A DNA stretch of 64,000 nt from Gemmatimonadota bacterium (GCA_036679645.1 JAZDCY010000035.1:42253-106252); one strand, 5' to 3'; positions 9,858 to 19,549 are shown, counted from the first letter of the stretch. The notes: generated by a model from the letters alone, not told the origin. Translations and numbers: made by a program.

Positions 9858-11152
9858 GGATACAGCCGAGTCATCATGCGGGGGAAGGCAATGGCCTCGC
9901 GGATGTGTGGGATTCCGCAGATCCAGGCGACGGTTCGTTCGACCCCGAGCCCGAACCCCGAGTGCACAAACGTCCCGTATCGCCGCAGATCGAGATACCA
10001 CTCATAGGCGTCTTCGGGCAGTTTCTCCTCGCGTATGCGCGCCAGGAGTTTGTCGTGGTCGTCTTCCCGTTGGCTCCCGCCGATGATCTCGCCGTAGCCT
10101 TCGGGGGCCAGACAGTCATTGCACAGCACCGTGCGCGGATCGTCCGGATTCTCCTTCATGTAGAAGGCCTTCACGTTTCGCGGGTAATTGTAGACGAGCA
10201 CCGGCCGGTCGAATTGCTCGGCCAGCAGAGTCTCGTCATCCGCGCCCAGGTCGTGGCCCCACTCGACGTCGCTGTCGAGCGTCTGGAGCTTGGCCACGGC
10301 ATCGGTGTAGGAGATGCGGTGGAATGGTGGGGTCACGCGTTCGAGCGGCGCGGGGTCCCGCTCCAGCACCTCGAGATCCGTCTTGCGACGGTCGAGGCAT
10401 CTGGCGACGATGTACGAGACGAAGTCTTCTTGGAGCCGCATGTTGTCGTCCGACGTATGCCAGGCGACCTCCGGCTCGACCATCCAAAACTCGGTGAGAT
10501 GGCGACGCGTCTTCGATTTTTCCGCACGGAACGTAGGCCCAAAACAGTAGACCTTGCCCAGCGCAGCGGCGGCGGCCTCGACGTAGAGCTGACCGGTTTG
10601 CGCAAGGTAGGCCTTGCCCATATCGAAGTACTCGGTCTCAAACAGCGTGCCCGCGGTTTCGCCGATGGACCCGGTCAGCAGCGGCGTATCGACCAGCGTG
10701 AAATCGCGCTCGTAAAAGAAGTCACGGATCGCCTGCACGACCTCGTGCCGGACACGCATGATCGCGACCTGTCGTCGGCTGCGGAGCCAGAGGTGCCGGT
10801 GCTCGAGCAGGAACGCGGTGCCGTGCTCTTTGGGAGAGATGGGGTACTCGAGACTTTCTCCAAGGACACTGATGTCGGTGACCGACAATTCCACGCCGCC
10901 GGGCGATCGTTCATCGGCCCGCGCCTCGCCGGTGAGCGACACGGCCGTCTCCTGGGTCAACGACTTGAACAGGTCCCACACGGGTTCTGCCACCTCTTTG
11001 CGAAGCAGGACACCTTGCAGGTAACCGGTGCCGTCGCGGACGGTGACAAACCCGATTTTCCCGCTCGATCGGCTCGTCATCACCCACCCGCGGACCGTGA
11101 CACGATTGCCCGCACGCTGCGGCAGCTCAGAGATGGACGCTGTATCAGGCAT
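9854..11152 (-). CDS. asnS: Asparagine--tRNA ligase
   Basis: OB fold (VRGWV, RDGTG), YLAQTGQLY, FRAEKSKTRRHLTEFWMVEPE, EIIGGSQRE, GFGLGVER. Confidence 0.95.
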   Translation of the reverse strand: MPDTASISELPQRAGNRVTVRGWVMTSRSSGKIGFVTVRDGTGYLQGVLLRKEVAEPVWDLFKSLTQETAVSLTGEARADERSPGGVELSVTDISVLGESLEYPISPKEHGTAFLLEHRHLWLRSRRQVAIMRVRHEVVQAIRDFFYERDFTLVDTPLLTGSIGETAGTLFETEYFDMGKAYLAQTGQLYVEAAAAALGKVYCFGPTFRAEKSKTRRHLTEFWMVEPEVAWHTSDDNMRLQEDFVSYIVARCLDRRKTDLEVLERDPAPLERVTPPFHRISYTDAVAKLQTLDSDVEWGHDLGADDETLLAEQFDRPVLVYNYPRNVKAFYMKENPDDPRTVLCNDCLAPEGYGEIIGGSQREDDHDKLLARIREEKLPEDAYEWYLDLRRYGTFVHSGFGLGVERTVAWICGIPHIREAIAFPRMMTRLYP

Positions 11153-11161
11153 GCGGCGGGT

Positions 11162-11190
11162 ATGCTAGCCATAGCCTTGGGGGGTGTCAA
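11162..11190 (-). promoter_or_regulatory. Sigma70-like promoter for asnS (near-leaderless)
   Basis: Minus strand TTGACA (11190-11185), 17 nt, TAGCAT (11167-11162), then 9 nt to the ATG. Confidence 0.65.
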
Positions 11191-12259
11191 CGCGGCATGC
11201 GGCGCCGCCGCACGACGCGCTCCGTCTTCCGACCCGGCACAATGGGTCAGCTACCTGGGTAACCCGCGGCACGCCACGTCTGCCAACGAGCACCTCGCGG
11301 CAGAACTCGTCCCGTCCTGGCACGTATCGATAGGCAAGGCCGCTTCCGGCCCGCCCGCCATCGGGGACGAAGTGGTGGTCATCCTGGGTTTTAATCGCGC
11401 GCTGCAGCTCTTCGACCGACAGAGCGGAGCGCGTGCGTGGCGCGTGCGCCTCAACACCGCCGGCGTCGGTGGGCCGCTGCTTGCGGGAGACCGCATCTAT
11501 GCGGCGACCGGCGGCCGTGAGGGCCGCGTGTACGCCCTGCGGCTCGCCAACGGCTCCCGTATCTGGCGTCGCGACATCGGGGCCGTGAGCCCACCCATCG
11601 CGACCGCGACCGATCGCGTCCTCGCCGTTACGGAAACGGGACGCGTTGTGGGACTCGACGCCACTGACGGCGAGGTTGTCTGGCGCCAACGCCTCGGCGG
11701 CCCGGTTCGCGCGGGCGTCATGGTGGTGGGCACCCGCGCCATCGTCGCCACGGACGACTCGATCTTCGTGCTCGCACCCGCTGACGGCGAGATCCTCACT
11801 CGGGCATCCCTGCCGGGCGCGCTCATTGCCCCGCCCGCCGCGGTCGGAGACACCCTTATCCTCGCCTCGGCCGGTGGGTTCATCGCGGCCATGTCAGTCC
11901 CCGACCTGGAGATGCTCTGGCGTGTCGAATTGGACGACCCCGTCTTTGCGAGCCCTGCGGTGGCGCGGGACACGATCGTCGTCGTGACGCTCACGGGGAA
12001 GCTGTGGCACATCCCGGTCGCCGACCCGGAGTCGAGGCGCGTATTAGACTTGGAGGCGCCGGTGCGCGCCGCTCCGGCACCCATTGCCAACGGGGTGCTC
12101 GTCGGAACGATTCAGGGCGAGGTCCTATTCGTCCCGGCGGGAGGCGGCAGCGCCGTCACGCGCGTTCGTGTCGAGGGACCGATCGAACAGCAGCCCATCG
12201 TGCGTGACGGGACACTCTTTGTCGTAGACGGCGTTGGAGGGATGCACGCGTGGAAATAG
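11162..12259 (+). CDS. PQQ-like beta-propeller repeat protein (BamB-like), possibly a lipoprotein; start uncertain
   Basis: WVSYLGNPRH followed by repeats such as VYALRLANGSRIW and VGLDATDGEVVW. The upstream part of the 784-aa ORF is only the antisense of asnS. Confidence 0.8.
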   Translation: MLAIALGGVNAACGAAARRAPSSDPAQWVSYLGNPRHATSANEHLAAELVPSWHVSIGKAASGPPAIGDEVVVILGFNRALQLFDRQSGARAWRVRLNTAGVGGPLLAGDRIYAATGGREGRVYALRLANGSRIWRRDIGAVSPPIATATDRVLAVTETGRVVGLDATDGEVVWRQRLGGPVRAGVMVVGTRAIVATDDSIFVLAPADGEILTRASLPGALIAPPAAVGDTLILASAGGFIAAMSVPDLEMLWRVELDDPVFASPAVARDTIVVVTLTGKLWHIPVADPESRRVLDLEAPVRAAPAPIANGVLVGTIQGEVLFVPAGGGSAVTRVRVEGPIEQQPIVRDGTLFVVDGVGGMHAWK

Positions 12260-12798
12260 CGGACAAGTACAGAAGGTTTCGCGCGTTGCGCACACGACCG
12301 TCATGGAGCCGTACGGCGGCGACAAGCGCCCTCGTGTTCCTTGCGGCCACGCTCCCCCTCTCCTCGTCCGCCACGGCACAACAGCCTCCCGACACGCAGA
12401 CCCACCGTCCATGGGTGATTTCGTTTGCCCAGTGGGCAAAATGGGGCACGTTGGCGTCTGCCGTAGGGCTCGCCGCGGTCGCGATCTTTCGCAACGACGA
12501 CGCCAACGAAGTGTTCCGCGGCCTGAACCGGTTCTGTGCCGCCGCGCCCGATGCGTGTTTCCTGGGTGATGACGGCCGATACGTCGATGCGAGCGCCGAG
12601 ATCCTCTACGACGAAACCCTGCGGATCGATCGTCAGGCCCGGGCGTGGATGGTGGCCGGCCAGGTGGTGCTCGCCGCCTCGGGTGTCCTCTTTTTGGTCG
12701 ACCTGGTCACCGGTGACGACGGACCGAGGAACATCCCCTTCGCGCCGCTCGAAGTGTTCACGACCGGGCACCACACCGGGTTCCGCGTCCGCTTCTAG
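12250..12798 (+). CDS. Hypothetical exported/membrane protein
   Basis: Signal-like segment ending ATA-QQ, two hydrophobic segments, terminal Phe. Overlaps the upstream stop. Confidence 0.6.
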   Translation: MEIADKYRRFRALRTRPSWSRTAATSALVFLAATLPLSSSATAQQPPDTQTHRPWVISFAQWAKWGTLASAVGLAAVAIFRNDDANEVFRGLNRFCAAAPDACFLGDDGRYVDASAEILYDETLRIDRQARAWMVAGQVVLAASGVLFLVDLVTGDDGPRNIPFAPLEVFTTGHHTGFRVRF

Positions 12799-12834
12799 TC
12801 GGGCGGAGCGCCCACAAACACAGGAGCAGTCTCG

Positions 12835-13167
12835 ATGTCGAGTTCTCTCGCCGACAAACAGTGTGTGCCCTGCCGCGGCGGCGTACCGCCGCTAGCAGGC
12901 GCGGAGCGCGATCGGCTCCTCGCAGAGTTGGGTGGCAACTGGCAGGTGCAGGACGATCATCATCTGTACAAGGAGTTCCGGTTCGAGGATTTCCAGACCG
13001 CGCTCGACTTCACGAACCGGGTTGGTGCGGTGGCAGAGGCACAGGGCCACCACCCGGACATTTTTCTCTCGTGGGGCAAGGTGGGGATCAAGATCTGGAC
13101 TCACGCGATCGACGGACTCACGGAGAGCGACTTCATTTTCGCGGCAAAGGCGGACGCGATCGATTAA
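12835..13167 (+). CDS. phhB: Pterin-4-alpha-carbinolamine dehydratase
   Basis: CVPCRGG, AEAQGHHPDI, WTHAIDGLTESDF. AGGAG RBS. Confidence 0.92.
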   Translation: MSSSLADKQCVPCRGGVPPLAGAERDRLLAELGGNWQVQDDHHLYKEFRFEDFQTALDFTNRVGAVAEAQGHHPDIFLSWGKVGIKIWTHAIDGLTESDFIFAAKADAID

Positions 13168-13262
13168 GGCATATCTCGGCGCTCTCCGCGTTCTATCGGT
13201 AATTCATCTCCGCTCTTCGAGCGCCAGCAGGGATTTCGGACATGACGTGGGTTGCGCAGAGC

Positions 13263-13291
13263 TTGTCGGGCGTGGAGTATGGCCATATGTT
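13263..13291 (+). promoter_or_regulatory. Sigma70-like promoter of the vapBC module (leaderless)
   Basis: TTGTCG (13263-13268), 17 nt, TATGTT (13286-13291), then 5 nt to ATG 13297. Confidence 0.55.
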
Positions 13292-13306
13292 TGAGTATGG
13301 CCATAC
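13275..13306. repeat. Two GAGTATGGCCATA copies, each containing the palindrome TATGGCCATA; probable TA operator
   Basis: Copies at 13275-13287 and 13293-13305 (18-bp period) overlap the -10 element and the start codon. Confidence 0.75.
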
Positions 13307-13572
13307 CTCGCGTGAAGTCGACTTACTCGCTTGATCTCGAAACCGCGGCGGCGCTAGACGACCTGGCGCGCCGCTGGGGCGTATCTAAGTCGGAGGTGCT
13401 GCATCGTGCCATCCGGGCGGCGGCAAAGGCCGAGGAGCGTGGCGCCGGTGGTCCGGTCGGCGCACTCGATGCGCTGCAGGCGTCGGCGCACCTGACGCGT
13501 GCGACGGCGGACGCGTGGGTCCGTGAGGTCAGGGCCGAGCGGCAAGCGACCGCCCGCAAGGGGAGGCAGTGA
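13297..13572 (+). CDS. CopG/ribbon-helix-helix antitoxin (VapB-like)
   Basis: KSTYSLD strand plus LDDLARRWGVSKSEVLHRAI. GTGA overlap with the PIN gene. Confidence 0.82.
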   Translation: MAIPRVKSTYSLDLETAAALDDLARRWGVSKSEVLHRAIRAAAKAEERGAGGPVGALDALQASAHLTRATADAWVREVRAERQATARKGRQ

Positions 13573-13949
13573 TTCATCTGGACACGAGCTTTCTGATTCG
13601 CGCGTTGGTAGCGGGGTCGGGGGAAGACCGCCGTCTGCGGAGCTGGCTCGAGCGGAGGATCCCGTTGGCGGTGAGCGCCATCGCGTGGGCTGAATTCTTG
13701 TGCGGGCCGATCTCCTCGGCCCAGCAGACGCTCGGCGCCCGGGTGGTGGGCGCGCCGGTGTCCTTCGGTGCCTTGGACGCCCGCCTCGCCGCGTCGCTGT
13801 TCAACGGGAGCGGCCGCCGCCGCGGGACGCTCGCTGACTGCATGATCGCCGCGGTCGCCATCCGGGCCGAAGCACAGCTCGCGACTGCAGATCCCAGAGG
13901 TTTCGCAGGATTCCAGGCGGAGGGGCTCGACCTAGCGACTGACGAATAG
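13569..13949 (+). CDS. vapC: PIN-domain toxin (VapC family)
   Basis: IHLDTSFLI, WAEFLCG, LADCMIAAVAI, LATAD acidic PIN residues. Confidence 0.88.
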   Translation: MIHLDTSFLIRALVAGSGEDRRLRSWLERRIPLAVSAIAWAEFLCGPISSAQQTLGARVVGAPVSFGALDARLAASLFNGSGRRRGTLADCMIAAVAIRAEAQLATADPRGFAGFQAEGLDLATDE

Positions 13950-14035
13950 CTCCCCGCACATCCGTTCCGCCACTCCTATTCCAGATCGCAGTTCGGAGAA
14001 GGGCTAATGGCGATCTGCGATGGCCCAGCCTTCAC

Positions 14036-16135
14036 TCACCCGACACGAAACAGCTCCACGCCCCGCTCATAGCGACGCTCGATCCGCTTCCGAAGCGGAC
14101 GGTGCTCCGATAGCTCCAGGCCGGGATCGCGGTCCAGCACGCGTCTCGCCTCGCGCCGCGCGATCCGGATGAGAGCGGCGTCAGTCGCAAAGTCCGTGAA
14201 CCGCAGCGCAATGCCACCCGACTGGCGCGCGCCAGCCAGTTCACCCATGCCGCGCTCCCTGAGATCCATCTCGGCGATTTTGAAACCGTCGGTCGTGCGC
14301 GCGAAGCTGCGCACCCGATCCCGTGCCTCCCAGGCGTCGGTCAGGAGAATGCAGTGGCTCTCTGCGGCGCCCCGCCCCACTCGGCCACGCAGCTGATGGA
14401 GTTGGGCGAGGCCAAACCGCTCGGGGTGCTCGATCAGCATCACCGTGGCATTCGGAACGTCGATACCCACCTCGATAACCGTCGTCGCCACGAGCACATC
14501 GAGCGCGCCGTCGCGAAACCGGCGCATCACGTCGTCGCGGTCGTCGGCCGGCATGCGGCCGTGCACAAGATCGACACTGGCCGGCGCGAGCGTCTTGGCC
14601 AGCTCAGCGGCCATCTTGGTTGCCGCCCGCAGATCGAGTTGCTCCGATTCGTCAATCACAGGATAAACCACGTATGCCTGGCGGCCACCTGCGCACTGGT
14701 CGCGCAGAAAGCCATAGACCTGCGCGCGGTCTTTCCCCGTGCGGACGCCCGTCTTCACCGGTGTGCGGCCCGGGGGCTTGTCCTTCAGCGCCGAAATATC
14801 GAGATCGCCGTAGAGGGTCAGGGCGAGCGTCCGCGGAATCGGTGTCGCCGATAACAGCAGGACATCGGGTGCCTCACCCTTCTCGATGAGCGCGGCACGT
14901 TGCTCCACACCAAACCGGTGTTGCTCGTCAATCACCACCAGTCCTAGACGCTGGAACGCGGTGGTCTCCTGGATCAACGCGTGCGTGCCCACGACGAGTG
15001 CCGCTTCACCTGCGGCGATGCGCTCCCGCGCTGCGCGCTTAGCTGCGCCGCCCTGCTTCCCGAGCAGCAGTGTGGGCTCGAGACCGAGCGGCTCGAGCAG
15101 ATCCGTGAGCGTGCGCGCGTGCTGCTCGGCGAGCAGCTCGGTGGGAGCCATCAGAACAGCCTGGTACTCGTTCTCAAGCGCGAGCAACATCGCAAAGAGT
15201 GCAACGACCGTCTTCCCCGCCCCGACATCACCCATGAGCAATCGGTGCATGCGCGCATCCGACGTCATATCCGCGGTGATCTCGCGGACCGCCTTCTTCT
15301 GGCCGGCGGTGAGCGCAAAGGGCAGTGCGTCTTTCAACGCTGTAGTGAGACGTTTGTGGTTGACGAACTGCGCGCCGCGGCGGGCGTGTTTAGCGAGATG
15401 GCGGGCACGGGCCACGACGAGCTGCAAGTCGAACAGCTCATCGAAGGCGAGACGGCGGCGGCCGGCTTCCCCTGGCCTCGACTCGTCCTGGCCGGCTCCG
15501 GCGCGAGCGGGGCCGGGACGGTGGAGCACATCAAATGCCTCGCGCAGCCCCACGACCTTGGCAGCTGCGCGTATGCGATCGGGCAGAATGTCCTCGACCG
15601 TTTGCAGTATTGCGTCCAGGTTCAGCGAGACGATCCGTCGAATCACGCGGTGGCTCAGGCCTTCTGTCGCCGGATAGACGGGAATGACGATGCCCTCTCC
15701 ATCCGCTTCGCCACCACTTTCTTCGCCCTCGTCCAGGATGATCTGCTCGCGCGGTGAGAGCTGCCGCCCATGGTAGTGCTTCACCGGACCGGTCACGAGC
15801 AGCAACTGTCCGACCTTGATCGTCCGATCGAGAAACGCCTGACCCGGCCAGGCACACTCGATGACCCCGGACCCGTCGCGCAGGATCACTCGGAAAATGC
15901 GCAGCCGGCGTCGAGTCGGCAGCACGCCCTTCGAGACGACGCGCCCGACCACGGTCACATCCGACCCGACTGTCGCCTGCGCTATGGGCGTGATCGCCGA
16001 CGCATCGATGTAGCGGTGCGGAGTGTGATAGAGAAGATCCTCGACCGTGCGCACGTCCATGCGCGCAAACACCTCGGCCCGGCGTGGTCCCACCGACTTG
16101 AGGAACTGAACGGAGGTGTCGAGGCGGATCGCCAT
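14036..16135 (-). CDS. recG: ATP-dependent DNA helicase RecG
   Basis: Wedge/OB domain, GDVGAGKT, DEQHRFG, SATPIPRT, QLHQLRGRVGRG. Confidence 0.96.
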   Translation of the reverse strand: MAIRLDTSVQFLKSVGPRRAEVFARMDVRTVEDLLYHTPHRYIDASAITPIAQATVGSDVTVVGRVVSKGVLPTRRRLRIFRVILRDGSGVIECAWPGQAFLDRTIKVGQLLLVTGPVKHYHGRQLSPREQIILDEGEESGGEADGEGIVIPVYPATEGLSHRVIRRIVSLNLDAILQTVEDILPDRIRAAAKVVGLREAFDVLHRPGPARAGAGQDESRPGEAGRRRLAFDELFDLQLVVARARHLAKHARRGAQFVNHKRLTTALKDALPFALTAGQKKAVREITADMTSDARMHRLLMGDVGAGKTVVALFAMLLALENEYQAVLMAPTELLAEQHARTLTDLLEPLGLEPTLLLGKQGGAAKRAARERIAAGEAALVVGTHALIQETTAFQRLGLVVIDEQHRFGVEQRAALIEKGEAPDVLLLSATPIPRTLALTLYGDLDISALKDKPPGRTPVKTGVRTGKDRAQVYGFLRDQCAGGRQAYVVYPVIDESEQLDLRAATKMAAELAKTLAPASVDLVHGRMPADDRDDVMRRFRDGALDVLVATTVIEVGIDVPNATVMLIEHPERFGLAQLHQLRGRVGRGAAESHCILLTDAWEARDRVRSFARTTDGFKIAEMDLRERGMGELAGARQSGGIALRFTDFATDAALIRIARREARRVLDRDPGLELSEHRPLRKRIERRYERGVELFRVG

Positions 16136-17028
16136 CACCCCGCGAGGACGCGATCGGCAAACCGCACCGGATCGAAGGCCTCGAGATCGTCGAGGCCTTC
16201 ACCCACACCGACGAACCTGATGGGTACACCCAGCTCACGACCGATCGACGCCGCCGCCCCACCCTTGGCGGTTCCGTCGAGTTTGGTGATGATCAGCCCC
16301 GTCACCGGGACCGCCTCGATGAACGATCGCCCCTGCTGGATGGCATTCTGCCCCACCGTCCCGTCCAGCACGAGGAAAGACTCGTGGGGAGCACCCGGAC
16401 ACCGTCGCTCGATGACGCGCACAACTTTGCGTAACTCATCCATCAGATCGCCGTGTGTGTGCAGCCGACCTGCGGTATCGACAAGGGCCACATCAATCTC
16501 GCGCGCCTGTGCGGCGGTAACGGCATCGAACGCGACTGCCGCCGGATCGCCTCGCGCGGTTCCCACCACACAGGGAACGTCGAGCCGCCGGGCCCAGACT
16601 TGCAGTTGCTCACTCGCGCCCGCGCGGTACGTATCCGCCGCGGCCAACAGCACGCGCTTCCCCTCACCGATCAGACGGTGCGCGAGTTTCGCGATCTGCG
16701 TCGTCTTGCCCACGCCGTTCACCCCCAGCACCACGATCACCGCCGGAGGTGTGGTGCCGAGGTTCAGTCCGTCCGGTGCTCCTACTTGCGTGAACTGTTC
16801 CGCTATCTGGTCGCGCAGCCAGTCACGCATGGCAGCCTCCGAGCGCAGATCACCGCGACGCAGTTTGTCGTGCAGCGATTCGGTGAGGTCGAAGGCGGCG
16901 GCACCAAAATCCGCTTCGACCAAGACGCGCTCCACCCGATCGAGCGCATCGCGATCCAGCCCTTTGGCCAGCACGGCAACATCGGTGAGGGCCAGTCGCT
17001 TGATCTTGGACCAGACCCCACCGCTCAC
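16135..17028 (-). CDS. ftsY: Signal recognition particle receptor FtsY
   Basis: GVNGVGKTT, DTYRAGA, DTAGR, TKLDGTAKGG. GTG 17028 overlaps the upstream stop. Confidence 0.95.
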   Translation of the reverse strand: MSGGVWSKIKRLALTDVAVLAKGLDRDALDRVERVLVEADFGAAAFDLTESLHDKLRRGDLRSEAAMRDWLRDQIAEQFTQVGAPDGLNLGTTPPAVIVVLGVNGVGKTTQIAKLAHRLIGEGKRVLLAAADTYRAGASEQLQVWARRLDVPCVVGTARGDPAAVAFDAVTAAQAREIDVALVDTAGRLHTHGDLMDELRKVVRVIERRCPGAPHESFLVLDGTVGQNAIQQGRSFIEAVPVTGLIITKLDGTAKGGAAASIGRELGVPIRFVGVGEGLDDLEAFDPVRFADRVLAG

Positions 17029-18845
17029 GGAAGCCCCCGGCGCGTGCGCCATGCCCACTCGCCAACCAGCGCCGCGACGGCAAGCACATACACCCACCAG
17101 AATTCCCGCGCGTTGCGGAGCAGCGTGTACCCGCTACCCGCCGCAGCGGACGCAGCAACCGTCACGGGACCGGGCGGATACTCGTCGGAGAACGCCTCTA
17201 CGACCGTCATCCCCTGTGCGCCGGATCTCCCGTCGATGCGCCACCGATACACGCCCGGATCGAGACGTAGACTCGCACGCCGCTGGTCGTCGAACACCAG
17301 CGGGACGGCGTATGTGGAATCGGGTCCCGTCAACTGCACGAGCGGCTCCGCCGGCGGGTCTCCCGCCCACCAGCTGAACACGACGGGCACACCTCGCGGC
17401 ACGACCGGTGTCGCCGTGACGGTAACCCCCGGGGCCGCGCCGGTACCGCCAAGCAGCCAATCAACCCCGGCGGCCAGGAGCGCACGGTATGCTTCCGCAG
17501 AGGCTCCACCCCGCAACGACCAGCGCCACAGACCGCCTGCGGCGATGGTCATCTCGCGGATCCCGGCGGAATCCCGACCGACGAGAACGGGCCGCTCGGC
17601 GCCGCGCCGCCCGAGGCGCCCCGATAACGCGATCCACTCGCCTTCAACCGGAGCAATCGGCACGATGCCGGTGAGCGGCGGGAGCGAATCCCACTCGATT
17701 GCGCCCAGCAGCCCTCCCAACGGTGAGGCGGGAACGGTCCCAACCGGGTACCAATCGCCTGCCGTGAAGCGAACGGTCGCGCTCGCGCTGGGCCACCGCC
17801 ATCGGGGCTGCCGGCTCGCAGTTGCGGGCCAGTCGCCACGGACGATGAGAAGCGCCGCACGCCGCGCGGCACGCCGCACCCGGTCGACCGTAACCGGCTC
17901 TAGCGACTGCATGTCGATCCACCGATCCTCGACAATTTGCGCAAAACCCCGAATCGTCGCCTCGGTGACGTCGCGCAGTGTCGTCATGAGAAACCGGCTC
18001 TCCCAGTCAGCGGGCCGGGCCACGAGAACGATTGCGGGAAGTGCGGATACGGTGACCATGCGCTCCCGCCGGTCGTCCGCCGGCTCCTGATCACCCGCCG
18101 TGTTGAGTGCGATGGACAGCACGTGTTTCCCCGCGTCCAGGGCACCCTGCGGAATGCGGAGGGTACGCCGCCCGACACCAGGTGGCGGCGGCAACCGAAC
18201 GGATTCTCGCGCGATGACACGGCCCTCGTCGGTGATTTCGACCCATGCGGAATCCGTCGTCAACGCGCCCCACGTGCCAACTTCCAGCGTGACCGTGATC
18301 GAGTCCTCGACCCGCACGCGCTCCGGCAGCGCCGCATCGAGCAGCGCGGCGTTCGGCACTGTATCGCGGGGGAACACCACGACAGTGACGTTTTCGCGCA
18401 AAGCCGGTGGCAGCGCGTCGAAGTCGCTCAGCTCGCCATCGGTCAGGAGGTACACGGGGCCGCCCCGTCCAGCGGCCGCCTGGAGACCAGCCCGCGCCGT
18501 AGAGATACCTGCGGTAGGGGGGGACGAATCGAACGGGGCGACCCCGTCGCCGACACGAAGAATGACGCCACGGTCGCCGGCGATCGCCCTGGCGGAATCG
18601 CGCGCAGCGGCCCAGTGTCCTCCCTCCACCGAGAGAGAGAGAGAGGCATCGAGTAACACGGTCGGTGGGCCGGCGTCCGCCGACCGCTCACCCATCGGAT
18701 TCACCAACAGGATCAAGAGCGCGCCGAGGGCGGTCGTGCGCAACGCCGCCATCCCGACCCCCTGCACACCGAGCCGCTCCCGCACGAGGTATACGAACAC
18801 GGCGCCGCCCGCCACGACGAGAGTCGCGACGATCACGCCAAACAT
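17025..18845 (-). CDS. Membrane protein with a vWA-like (DASLS...TDG) region and Ig-like domains
   Basis: Two N-terminal TM segments (LR...LLLVNP), LLDASLS and LLTDG, C-terminal TM ending EWAWRTRRGLP. Confidence 0.65.
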   Translation of the reverse strand: MFGVIVATLVVAGGAVFVYLVRERLGVQGVGMAALRTTALGALLILLVNPMGERSADAGPPTVLLDASLSLSVEGGHWAAARDSARAIAGDRGVILRVGDGVAPFDSSPPTAGISTARAGLQAAAGRGGPVYLLTDGELSDFDALPPALRENVTVVVFPRDTVPNAALLDAALPERVRVEDSITVTLEVGTWGALTTDSAWVEITDEGRVIARESVRLPPPPGVGRRTLRIPQGALDAGKHVLSIALNTAGDQEPADDRRERMVTVSALPAIVLVARPADWESRFLMTTLRDVTEATIRGFAQIVEDRWIDMQSLEPVTVDRVRRAARRAALLIVRGDWPATASRQPRWRWPSASATVRFTAGDWYPVGTVPASPLGGLLGAIEWDSLPPLTGIVPIAPVEGEWIALSGRLGRRGAERPVLVGRDSAGIREMTIAAGGLWRWSLRGGASAEAYRALLAAGVDWLLGGTGAAPGVTVTATPVVPRGVPVVFSWWAGDPPAEPLVQLTGPDSTYAVPLVFDDQRRASLRLDPGVYRWRIDGRSGAQGMTVVEAFSDEYPPGPVTVAASAAAGSGYTLLRNAREFWWVYVLAVAALVGEWAWRTRRGLP

Positions 18846-19516
18846 GCCATCGCCTCTTCCAGCGAAAAACGTCCATCGTGGATGGCCCGACCCACGAGGA
18901 CGGCACCAATTCCCGCGGCATCCGCCCGCCGCAGCTCCTCGAGCGACGCAATCCCGCCTGCCAGTACCACCGACGCGCCGCGGCCGACCAGCGCGGTCGC
19001 CCCGGCGAGATCGGCGCCGTCTAGTTGACCGTCACGTGCCAGATCACGGTAGACGACGGTCCGCACCCCGGCCGCAACGGCGAGATCGACCAGCTCCGTC
19101 GGCGTCGTTTTGGGAGACTCACCACCCGTCCTGGCGGAGACCCTCCCGTCCCGCACGTCGATACCGGCCGCGAGACGGTCCGGACCGAACGTCGCTGCCA
19201 GCTCGTGCATGGTAGTCGCCACGGCGCTTGCGCCGATAACGACGCGATCGATCCCCCATGCCAGCGCCTCGCCAATCGAGTCCGTGTCTCCTAGCCCGCC
19301 CCCGAGCTGCACGTGAACGCCATCGAGAGCAGCCACTCGCTGGACCGTGGGCGTGTTGTCTCCCCTTCCAAACACCCGATCCATGTCGACCACATGGATC
19401 CACGACACGCCGGCTGCCCGCAGGGCACGCGCTTCCGCAACCGGATCGCCGGAAGTCCCGCGCGAGCCGCGCGCGAGCTGTCCGCGCTCAATATCGATCG
19501 CCGGAAGAATCAGCAC
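18833..19516 (-). CDS. HisA/HisF-family TIM barrel protein (divergent HisA-like)
   Basis: LPAIDI, IHVVDMD, QLGGG, GIDVRDG, RDGQLDG, AGGIAS, VGRAI. Confidence 0.8.
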   Translation of the reverse strand: MLILPAIDIERGQLARGSRGTSGDPVAEARALRAAGVSWIHVVDMDRVFGRGDNTPTVQRVAALDGVHVQLGGGLGDTDSIGEALAWGIDRVVIGASAVATTMHELAATFGPDRLAAGIDVRDGRVSARTGGESPKTTPTELVDLAVAAGVRTVVYRDLARDGQLDGADLAGATALVGRGASVVLAGGIASLEELRRADAAGIGAVLVGRAIHDGRFSLEEAMACLA

Positions 19517-19549
19517 GGCTATGTATACCCAGAAGGACAGCGGTGTGAT

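Noticed and set aside
9905..11161. N-terminal 419 aa of the 784-aa ORF, suggesting a large fusion protein
   Set aside because: It is the antisense of asnS; only the part from about 11162 looks like real protein.
13982..14017. CAGATCGC/GCGATCTG inverted repeat between vapC and recG as a terminator
   Set aside because: The 20-nt loop and lack of a U-tract make it too weak to call.
15770..18090. Long plus-strand ORFs (535 and 545 aa)
   Set aside because: Low-complexity Ser/Arg/Pro-rich shadows of recG, ftsY and the vWA-like gene, as expected at high GC.
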